Of a stretch of DNA of 27,181 bases, positions 17,751 to 25,721 are shown one piece after another. A program made the translations under genes and the position numbers. Position 1 is the stretch's first letter. Each line of letters begins with the position of its first letter. Below the pieces are notes generated by a model. The model did not search any database. It was not told the DNA's origin and was given only the letters and a program-made list of their open reading frames with translations. The stretch spans positions 1 to 27,181 of the forward strand of contig JBHIFL010000055.1 of assembly GCA_046761065.1 (NCBI GenBank), given 5' to 3'. This DNA comes from Candidatus Heimdallarchaeota archaeon (GTDB lineage Archaea; Asgardarchaeota; Wukongarchaeia; Wukongarchaeales; JBHIFL01).

Positions 17751-18680
17751 CTAGAGTAGATTCTTGAAAAGCGCACCTGCGGTGTGGAGTCGATTCTCAG
17801 CTTGATCCCAGATGACACTGTGAGCTCCATAGAACACGACGTCTTCTGCTTCGGGTCCTGGGTCTTTTCTCGGGAGGCAATGCAAGAAAATATAATTAGG
17901 ATCCGAGGTTCTTACAAGTTCTTTTGTGACTGAATATCCTTTAAAGTCCTTATAACGTTTTTCTTTCTCCGCTTCATCGCCCAGCGACACGAAGGTATCA
18001 GTAGAAACGACGTGTGCACCTTTAACGGCCTCGACAGGGTCTTCAGTGAGGATTATTTGCGACCCAGTTTCGCTTGCAACCTCCATGACGTACTTCTCAA
18101 TTTCGGGATTGATTCGGTAATTAGCAGGGGATGCCACCGTCATATCAAGACCAAGTTTAGCAGCTCCTATCAAAAGGGAGTGGGCCACATTATTTCCATC
18201 TCCTACCCAGGCAATTTTTAAGTTATCTAGGCGCCCAAGGTACTCTTTGATCACCATTAAGTCTGCAAGGGTCTGCATAGGGTGATATAAATCGGAGAGG
18301 GCGTTGATAACCGGTACCTCAGAGTAGGTGGCAAGAGTTTCCAAGGTGCTCTGGGCGTAAACACGTGCAAGGATACCATGGAGGTATCGTGCCAACACGC
18401 TGGCCGTGTCTCGGATTGGTTCACCCACGGCCAGTTGAAGATCATTCCAATTGAGATAAAGCGAGTTCCCCCCTAGAAAACCCATTGCAACTTGAACAGA
18501 GACGCGGGTTCTGGTACTGGTTTTCTCAAAAAGACATCCCAGAGTCTTGCCCTTCAGGTCTTGGCTTGGTTCCAAGCGGTGAAACTTCTCTTTGAATTGA
18601 GTAGCTTCGTCAATTAGGTAAAGGATTTCTTCGGCTGAATAATCACGTAATGATAGGAAATCACGCCCTTGAAGATCCAA
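17751..18680 (-). CDS. argF: Ornithine carbamoyltransferase
   Basis: FEKTSTRTR, HPMQ, WVGDGNNV, DTFVSLG (SMG-loop variant), FLHCLP, QAENR. TTG start after GGAGG. Confidence 0.92.
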   Translation of the reverse strand: MDLQGRDFLSLRDYSAEEILYLIDEATQFKEKFHRLEPSQDLKGKTLGCLFEKTSTRTRVSVQVAMGFLGGNSLYLNWNDLQLAVGEPIRDTASVLARYLHGILARVYAQSTLETLATYSEVPVINALSDLYHPMQTLADLMVIKEYLGRLDNLKIAWVGDGNNVAHSLLIGAAKLGLDMTVASPANYRINPEIEKYVMEVASETGSQIILTEDPVEAVKGAHVVSTDTFVSLGDEAEKEKRYKDFKGYSVTKELVRTSDPNYIFLHCLPRKDPGPEAEDVVFYGAHSVIWDQAENRLHTAGALFKNLL

Positions 18681-18954
18681 AAATATAAACCTCCGCTTCG
18701 CATGAAATCATTTTTCTCACTTAATAAGCATTCCCTTGAGAACGAATAAAGCAAGCCACTCAAAGTCCTCGTGATGAAAGCTATACGATTTAAATTATAG
18801 GTTTTTAAACGCTTTAATCTCCTCTTAGTCCATCACTTACTCGTCCTTGTATATCTCTAACAGAAACAAAGATTCAGAAGCCATAAGTACCTAATAGCCC
18901 TGAAACAATTTGAAATACATACCGTTGTCATTGGTTCTATTTAGGGGTGAACCG

Positions 18955-19665
18955 ATGGTTTCCAACGAAATTCTAAGAAATATCCTTTTGATGCTGTTCT
19001 GTTATGTTTATGTCGTGTTTATTATCGTTGTCACAAGCAAAATGAATAGAATTTGCCATATCTCACAAAAAGCAGCTCGGAAATTCTTACATGCCATGAT
19101 TGGAAACCTCCCGTTCATTATCCCATTTTTCACCTCAAAGGTTTATCCAGTTCTAGTTGCAGCTCCCTTCATCGTAATTACATTTTTCGCGTCGCCCTAC
19201 TCACCTTCTAAGTTCGTTAGTAGCAGATTAAAGAGTCTAACAGCGTTAACAGAGGAGGGACATCACCTTGGGCTTGTTTTTTACGCGATTTCCTACACGA
19301 TTTTAGCCCTCTTTTTCGCATCTAAGCCCTATGTCTTGGCAGCAGGCATTCTGTCAATGGCTTATGGAGATGGTACCGCAGCTCTGGTTGGAGAGAGATA
19401 TGGCAAAAGAAGATACAAATTGGTTGCGGACAAAAGTATAGAAGGAACAACAGGTATGTTTTGTGCGAGTTTTTTGAGTTTTATTATTTATTTGATATTC
19501 TTTTCTAAGTTCTATTTTTTTTCAGTAATTGATTTATTATTACCTACCATTGCAACCGCCACGGTAGTTACGTTAGTTGAAAGTTTGTCACCCCCAGGGG
19601 GAGATAATTTAACGGTACCAATCGCCGGTGCTTTAACCTTCCTCGTGTTGACCGGAGGTCTTTGA
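18955..19665 (+). CDS. CTP-dependent polyprenol/phytol/dolichol kinase-family membrane protein
   Basis: ARKFLH, G..FYA, MAYGDG.AALVGERYGK, KSIEG, VES.S..G.DNL.VP. GGGGTGA RBS before ATG 18955. Confidence 0.85.
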   Translation: MVSNEILRNILLMLFCYVYVVFIIVVTSKMNRICHISQKAARKFLHAMIGNLPFIIPFFTSKVYPVLVAAPFIVITFFASPYSPSKFVSSRLKSLTALTEEGHHLGLVFYAISYTILALFFASKPYVLAAGILSMAYGDGTAALVGERYGKRRYKLVADKSIEGTTGMFCASFLSFIIYLIFFSKFYFFSVIDLLLPTIATATVVTLVESLSPPGGDNLTVPIAGALTFLVLTGGL

Positions 19666-19669
19666 GCAG

Positions 19670-20230
19670 ATGGAGTTAATCGTTATAGACGGACTAGATG
19701 CATCAGGAAAAAGTATTCAAGGTTTAAAACTTTATAAATTCCTCCAAAATCGAGGGAAAACTGTTTACCTGCGGATTCATCCGTCCAATGACAATTTTTT
19801 TGGGGTAAAAGCAAAAGTGTTTCTCTATTCGAAAGGCAAAAGCGCCCATTTCGCTTCTGCTCTCTTCTATATGTTGGATGTGATCCGATCAGTGTTGATT
19901 TATTCGTGGCAAAGTTATGATTACTTGATTTTTATTCGTTATTTAATGGGAACGGCATATCTCCCCTCCCCGTTGGATAGAATGGCTTACCATTTTTTCG
20001 CATTAGTTGTCCCAACTTCAAAACTCATGTTTTTTCTCGATGTTTCCCCCGAAGAAGCGCACAAAAGAATACGCCAAACACGTAATAAACGAGAAATGTT
20101 TGAAAGCTTAGAGGAATTAAAACGAATTAGGCGAAAAGCCCTTGTCTTAGCATTAATAGGCAAATGGGTGGTTATTAATGCAGACAAGCCCGTAACAGAC
20201 GTAGAAAACGACATTAGAGAGTATCTATAG
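19670..20230 (+). CDS. Thymidylate-kinase-like P-loop kinase (divergent)
   Basis: IVIDGLDASGKS P-loop and FFLDVSPEEA..RI. The canonical DRY motif is replaced by IRY. Starts 4 nt after the prenol kinase gene. Confidence 0.75.
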   Translation: MELIVIDGLDASGKSIQGLKLYKFLQNRGKTVYLRIHPSNDNFFGVKAKVFLYSKGKSAHFASALFYMLDVIRSVLIYSWQSYDYLIFIRYLMGTAYLPSPLDRMAYHFFALVVPTSKLMFFLDVSPEEAHKRIRQTRNKREMFESLEELKRIRRKALVLALIGKWVVINADKPVTDVENDIREYL

Positions 20231-20290
20231 GTAAAGTTGAATGACGACCAAATATGATATTATCATCCAAAATGGCATAATTTTTGAAGG

Positions 20291-20308
20291 ATCCAATCAC
20301 AATTGGAT
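20291..20308. promoter_or_regulatory. Palindrome ATCCAAT-CACA-ATTGGAT upstream of the second transcarbamylase
   Basis: Perfect 7-bp arms, about 120 nt upstream of the ATG at 20428. Confidence 0.35.
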
Positions 20309-20427
20309 TTAGCAGAAATAGGCAAGGAAGATAGGCAAATAGAATACATTAGTTGCGTTAGCAGGGCATTTCTGACACAAGAGAAAGGCAGAACCAACAA
20401 TGATCTCCTCAATAAGGAGGTGCAAAA

Positions 20428-21477
20428 ATGGAACATCCTGCGTTATTGGGCAAAGATTTGATTTGTACTCAAGATTGGTCTAAACATGATCTCGATATAA
20501 TATTAGACCTTGCGGGGAGAATGAAACACGCACGTTACTCTGCAGAATACACCCGATTATTAGAATATAAGACATTTCTTATGTTCTTCTATAATCCCAG
20601 TGTACGGACGAGACAGAGTTTTGAAGCTGCGGCAACTGAACTCGGGGGACACGCCCAATTTCTGGAGCCCAAAGCAATGCGCCTTAAAACACAAAAGACA
20701 GCTGGTGAAACTATTGAAGATGCAGCCCAAGTGATGTCTAGGTATGCGCATGGTTTAGGCATTAGGATCCTTGAAGATAAAATCGGGGCGTATGGGGAAG
20801 GTGAGGCTCTGTTGCGGGAATATGCGAAATGGGCAAGTATTCCTGTGATTTCAATGGCCCATGATAAGTACCACCCGTGTCAGGGGTTAGCAGACATAAT
20901 GGGCTGGTCTGAATGGTTTTACAAAGGAATTAAGTATCCTCCCAACTGGAAGGTACTGAAAGACAAGAAACTATTAGTTGTTTGGGGGCATGGAGCCCTA
21001 GCTAGATCTTGGTGTTCCGTTCAGGAGGCGATGCTTATAGGATCCCGCTATGGAATGGATGTAACAGTCGCTTATCCAGAAGGGTATGATCTAGATCCGC
21101 AAGTGATCAAATGGGCCGAACACAACTGCTACAAAAACGACCAACATTTCGAGACAACTAATCATTTGACCAAAGGATATGAAGGAGCACACGTAGTCTA
21201 TTCTCGCCACTGGATGAGTCCCGAAGCTTACAAAGATGGGGAATTTTTGAAACAACAGGAAATTGAGATGGCCCTAAAGTATCCAGATTGGATTTGTGAC
21301 ACAAAAAAGATGCTACTAACAGATAATGCAATCTTCACTCATCCCATGCCGATTGATCGGGGCCACGAAGTTACTGATGAGATCGCCTCAGGACCAAGAT
21401 CCTGCGTTTATGACGTAGCTGAGAATAGATTGCATGTACAGAAAGCCATTATGGCTCTGACTATGGCTGGACTATAA
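20428..21477 (+). CDS. Transcarbamylase, N-acylornithine carbamoyltransferase-like, specificity uncertain
   Basis: FYNPSVRTRQSF, HPCQ.LAD, YSRHW, HPMP, AENRLHVQKA. No SMG loop. Strong AGGAGGTG RBS. Confidence 0.8.
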   Translation: MEHPALLGKDLICTQDWSKHDLDIILDLAGRMKHARYSAEYTRLLEYKTFLMFFYNPSVRTRQSFEAAATELGGHAQFLEPKAMRLKTQKTAGETIEDAAQVMSRYAHGLGIRILEDKIGAYGEGEALLREYAKWASIPVISMAHDKYHPCQGLADIMGWSEWFYKGIKYPPNWKVLKDKKLLVVWGHGALARSWCSVQEAMLIGSRYGMDVTVAYPEGYDLDPQVIKWAEHNCYKNDQHFETTNHLTKGYEGAHVVYSRHWMSPEAYKDGEFLKQQEIEMALKYPDWICDTKKMLLTDNAIFTHPMPIDRGHEVTDEIASGPRSCVYDVAENRLHVQKAIMALTMAGL

Positions 21478-21507
21478 AAATCCCTTTTGTCAAGGACCTA
21501 GAATCAG

Positions 21508-22608
21508 TCAGGAGATTACCTTCTTTGACTGAATGGTTTCTATGATAAGGTTTTTGGCTTCATCCAGCCTTCCCAATTCTGCAGCTTCAAGATATTCGAA
21601 GCTTTGGGTAAGCTGACCACGAGATATCTTTTCGGCAGCAAATAGAATCGTTTCATTTGTCTCGTCATAGCGTTTCATTTCATCAAGCAGAGACGCATCC
21701 TCCCATGGAACACCAACAAAGTAATTGGCTATCACTAACAGCAGTAAATCGACGTTACTCCGCCATTTATCTTCACTGTCAGCTAGGTTGCGTTCCAATA
21801 TAGGTTTGGTTGTCTCAATTGCCTTTTTAGCGGCGTATCTAACAATCTCAAACTCTTCTTCAGCTTGATCCATTCTGTCAAATTTTACGAAGCATAGAGC
21901 CGCAAGTAAGGCAAACATCGCACTAAGATGATAAAGACGTGCAGTAGCGTTAGCGGATAAAGCTTTAATCTCTAACTGACTGCTTAATTTAGCAAGTTCA
22001 GGAACACCCCGGTTAAAAGCGCTACTTACGGAGCGAAAATGCTCGGAAGCGGACTTATAGTGGTTCTTTCCTAAAGCACGCCATCCTTTTTCTGCGACTT
22101 GTAAAAGTTCTTGTTCGATATTCAATGCGCTCATTACTGCTCGAAGAAAGAACCGTTCAGCTTTATTGGTTTTTTTTTCAACCCCATAGCCTTCTGCGGC
22201 TTTTGCAAAGCATGCAGCAGCGAGTTGGGAATTTTCTTTCCCAGATCGTTGCAAGAAGTCTCCTGCGAGCCCATAGAACTCGGCGGCTGTTCGGTATTGG
22301 TGATTTTCTAGAGCCAGATCCGCAACATGTCGTAGGAGATTCCCGCCATCCAAAAAGGCTTCTCCTCTTTCAAATTGTGTGCTAGCATTTCTCGCATAAA
22401 AAAAGATTTTATCAAGCAACCCCATTTCAGCAAGGAGGGAGAAAAGCTGTTCAAAGAGCTCATAAGCCTTCCCATATTCTTTTCGGAGAATAAAACCCTC
22501 GGCCGCCTGATGCAATAGATCGACTGCCGTTGGGTGATCTCCGGAAGCCAAAGCCGAATTTACCCTATTCAGTAATTCATTGAGCCGATTGAAACGTGCA
22601 TTAGGCAT
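21508..22608 (-). CDS. All-helical TPR/alpha-SNAP-like repeat protein
   Basis: Repeating A..F/Y..A helical hairpins (AVDLLHQAAEGF, AAEFYGLAGDFL, AAACFAKAAEGY, AERFFLRA). AGGTGA RBS. Confidence 0.6.
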   Translation of the reverse strand: MPNARFNRLNELLNRVNSALASGDHPTAVDLLHQAAEGFILRKEYGKAYELFEQLFSLLAEMGLLDKIFFYARNASTQFERGEAFLDGGNLLRHVADLALENHQYRTAAEFYGLAGDFLQRSGKENSQLAAACFAKAAEGYGVEKKTNKAERFFLRAVMSALNIEQELLQVAEKGWRALGKNHYKSASEHFRSVSSAFNRGVPELAKLSSQLEIKALSANATARLYHLSAMFALLAALCFVKFDRMDQAEEEFEIVRYAAKKAIETTKPILERNLADSEDKWRSNVDLLLLVIANYFVGVPWEDASLLDEMKRYDETNETILFAAEKISRGQLTQSFEYLEAAELGRLDEAKNLIIETIQSKKVIS

Positions 22609-22751
22609 GAACTCACCTTTCCAATAAGCTTGATTTTATTGTATCCTAATCTCAATGAAAAGCATATTCGAATTCAATCATTTGGGTTTTTCATTTGAAG
22701 GGGTCTATCGCAATTTGCTTAGTTTCAGAGGCATTCCCCAACTGATCTAGG

Positions 22752-23126
22752 TCAGAAATAGGTAGTTCGAATATGTTCCACTGCGTTTAAGAGTTTTTTT
22801 TCAATTTTTTCGTTTAGATCAGTTAAAACAATTCCAAGAATGAACATTGGAGATAATTGAGCTAGGAAGATAACGTAAGAATCGAATCGGCGTGTACTAA
22901 TTCTCCATCGTTCTGGGTCTGTTAAGATATCACGTAAACTCCATTCGGATCGAATTACAAAGCCAATTTGTTTAAGTAAGAAGGTTTTATCATAGGTAGG
23001 GGGTATTATTAGTGTTTGAGTGCCTCCACGAGAGTAAAGGATGCAAGCTTCAACATTAGGTAACGTGACAACATCCTCAAGAAAATAAGCAAGTGCTTCT
23101 TTATGAAAAGTCATAGAATCACCCAC
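22752..23126 (-). CDS. Small Roadblock/LC7- or profilin-fold-like protein
   Basis: About 120 aa with helix, VEACILYSRGG strands, helix, three hydrophobic strands (YVIFLAQL..FILGIVL) and a C-terminal helix. Fold assigned from the pattern only. Confidence 0.5.
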   Translation of the reverse strand: MGDSMTFHKEALAYFLEDVVTLPNVEACILYSRGGTQTLIIPPTYDKTFLLKQIGFVIRSEWSLRDILTDPERWRISTRRFDSYVIFLAQLSPMFILGIVLTDLNEKIEKKLLNAVEHIRTTYF

Positions 23127-23350
23127 ATACTATAAACCGATAAATGTTATGGAAGCGATTCAATTCCAAATATCCGACTAATAGCTAATATCTCGCAAGG
23201 ATTAATATTCTAAAAATTTTCGAGGGTTTTCAAGACTACTAGGGTTTATTTTCCCCATTTTTCCGAAAGAGGTCATATCATGTGCTTAGAAGTTGATTTG
23301 GTCGAGAATAGGATATTTAAGATTCTTAAGGGAAAACCTATGGTATACTT

Positions 23351-24088
23351 TTAGACGGCATTTATAAATTCCCGATATTGATCAATTGACTTCTTTACAA
23401 AATGTTCTACAAAAACCGTTGCAGGTTGTTTATAAATTGTCATCGGAGGTCCAACTTGTTCAATTCGACCGTCATTCATCACTGCGATATAATCACCAAT
23501 TGTAAAGGCTTCAACTTGATCATGAGTTACATAAACGGTTGTCACGCGGGTTTCTTTTTGAATTCTTCGAATTTCATGCTTCAAATTCTGCTTAAGTGTG
23601 GCATCAAGGTTTGCCAACGGCTCATCAAACAGTAGGATTTGAGGAAAAGGTGCGAGTGCCCGTGCGATTGCCACTCTTTGCTGTTGTCCACCACTCAACT
23701 CGCGCGGATATCTTTTATCAAGCCTTTGGAGACCAACCAGCTCAATTAATTCCTGGGTTCGCTCTCGAATTTGGTTTGGGGGGAAATTTTGCGCTTCTAG
23801 GCCAAAACTAATATTTTTTTCGACAGAGAGGTGAGGAAAGAGGGCTATACTCTGAAAAACATACCCTATCCTTCGATTTTCGGCGGGGAGGAGTGTTACC
23901 TCTTGTCCATTAAAACGTATAGCACCTCGATCCGGTTGTTCTAATCCAGCAATTATTCGGAGTGTTGTCGTTTTCCCACATCCAGAAGGTCCAAGGATCA
24001 CTAATAAATCCCCTTTTTGCACTTCTAAATCTAACCCACGAAGAACCGGGGTCCCCCCAAAACTTTTCCAGACCTGAGCTAATTTCAA
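23351..24088 (-). CDS. ABC transporter ATP-binding subunit (ThiQ/Fe3+/polyamine class)
   Basis: Walker A GPSGCGKT, signature LSGGQQQR, Walker B LLFDEP, H-loop VTHD. Short, with no C-terminal TOBE domain. Confidence 0.92.
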   Translation of the reverse strand: MKLAQVWKSFGGTPVLRGLDLEVQKGDLLVILGPSGCGKTTTLRIIAGLEQPDRGAIRFNGQEVTLLPAENRRIGYVFQSIALFPHLSVEKNISFGLEAQNFPPNQIRERTQELIELVGLQRLDKRYPRELSGGQQQRVAIARALAPFPQILLFDEPLANLDATLKQNLKHEIRRIQKETRVTTVYVTHDQVEAFTIGDYIAVMNDGRIEQVGPPMTIYKQPATVFVEHFVKKSIDQYREFINAV

Positions 24089-24097
24089 TTCAATCAG

Positions 24098-24274
24098 CTA
24101 GAGACCTCCTTCCTCTTTTCCGTAGAATATAATTGGCATTAAGAGCACACAACATATTTATTAACGAATTCATGGCGGCTGTAGCTTAATACACCCACTT
24201 AACAAAGTAATTAGTTGCGGTGGGGTTCTATAATCTTCTGCGTTGATGAAGTACCGAATCTCAAATTCATTTAC
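24098..24274 (-). pseudogene. Decayed C-terminal remnant of an ABC permease (ThiP/FbpB-like)
   Basis: Across frameshifts it reads VNEFEIRYFINAEDYRTPPQLITLLSG / AAMNSLI / ICCVLLMPIIFYGKEEGGL*, resembling the GEFGA....TLP..IY....AAAM C-terminus of this permease class. The stop lies immediately before the ATPase start. Confidence 0.55.
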
Positions 24275-24402
24275 TAACTTCGATAATCCCAGTACCTCTA
24301 AAAGAAGATTATATAAGTCCTTAATACATTTATAGGTCATTCACAATTAGATATTAGAACAAAGTAGAAGTTGTCTACGCCCCAAAACACGAGTGGATCC
24401 CG

Positions 24403-25341
24403 ATGAGATTGCCCTGTGAGATCATTGTAAATGATCTTTTACCTTTTCTCAGGAAAGTGATTGCAGAACGCCTCCATTCCAAGGGGTACACGCAAACTCA
24501 GATTGCACATATGCTGAATGTGAGTCAACCCGCAGTTTCCTATTATTTGAAACTGGAAATTCCCCAAAGTAGGTACAATTTAAACTCCATTAAAGATAGG
24601 GGTTTGAAACTCGCAGACAAACTAATGTCCGGGGAATCGGTCTCCACAATCATTAATGACATCTGTAGCTTGTGTATGTCTCATCGCACCTTCGGTATCA
24701 CTTGTCGATTTCATCGTGAGCAATTGGAGCTTGAAGAAGATTGTACCGCTTGCATCGTAAATATTCCTACACCTATGATCTCCGAAAGAGAAGAGGCGTT
24801 ACAAGATCTTAGAGCCGCGATTGAGATGATTGAAGACACCCCCGAGTTCGTCCAAATCATGCCTGAAGTGCGAGTTCAGATCGTCCGCTCCATTTCTAAT
24901 ACGCGGAGTACTGAAGAAATTGCAGCTGTCCCGGGTAGAATTGTAAAGGTCAAAGGAAAACCAAAAGGTGTAGCAAACCCGGAATTTGGAGCATCCAGTC
25001 ACACAGCGGAGATTCTCCTCGCATTTGTAAGAAAGAATCCTACGTTAGGGACCAGAGCAGCGATTTGCATAAAATATGACTCGACGATTCAACGGGCGAT
25101 TGAAGAGCTTGGGCTTACCTATGAACGACTGAAGATCACAAATTTCTCGAGCGAAGAAGGTGGGAATAATAAGGGAATAGTACATGCGATTGAAACCCAA
25201 CTCCAAAAAGAAAAAACCCCGGAGATCGTTATCGATCCTGGAGGAGAAGGCAGGGAACCAATCGCATACCTCTTTGGAAAAACCGCCACTGAAGTGTCAC
25301 ACCAATCGATCAAAATAGCCCAAAAAGTTCTTTTGGCATAA
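24403..25341 (+). CDS. thiR: ThiR-like transcriptional regulator (HTH + ThiN-like thiamine-phosphate-binding domain)
   Basis: N-terminal PCE...LP.LR..IA..L...GYTQ.QIA..L.VSQPAVSYYL HTH and C..C...C..H linker. ThiN-like MPEVR, AAVPGRI, PEFGASSH.A, D.G..G.EP. Confidence 0.82.
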   Translation: MRLPCEIIVNDLLPFLRKVIAERLHSKGYTQTQIAHMLNVSQPAVSYYLKLEIPQSRYNLNSIKDRGLKLADKLMSGESVSTIINDICSLCMSHRTFGITCRFHREQLELEEDCTACIVNIPTPMISEREEALQDLRAAIEMIEDTPEFVQIMPEVRVQIVRSISNTRSTEEIAAVPGRIVKVKGKPKGVANPEFGASSHTAEILLAFVRKNPTLGTRAAICIKYDSTIQRAIEELGLTYERLKITNFSSEEGGNNKGIVHAIETQLQKEKTPEIVIDPGGEGREPIAYLFGKTATEVSHQSIKIAQKVLLA

Positions 25342-25721
25342 ACCAGAGACGTCTCATACCAAAAGATGGTAAAGTGCCAGATTACCTTTAATGGTCGATG
25401 GAGTTCATAGGACTGATTTCATTTTCCAAGGCCCAAGCTAACGTATCGTAAACCATATATAACCCTTAAAAAGATGCAACGATGTTCTGTTCTCTTTGTA
25501 GCTCCTTCAGCTTGTTTACTAACGGCTTAATGGGTCACGCATACCAAATGAGTTGCGAGAAGAGGAGGGAATTTCCTCTGGTGTGATATTTTATCCTTGA
25601 TATTTCATTAAACCTTCGGATACGTGTTTCTAACCACATAGATCACCTCCACATTGATTTAGTTGGCTTTATATAGAACCTTCTCCTGATTATCTATGAC
25701 AAGATGTAAAGGGTGTAGCCT

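Noticed and set aside
1193-25313. Numerous short ORFs antisense to or overlapping the main genes (e.g. 1193-1444, 3703-4017, 7668-8006, 9815-10168, 13555-13998)
   Set aside because: They are shadows of well-supported genes and lack motifs or RBS.
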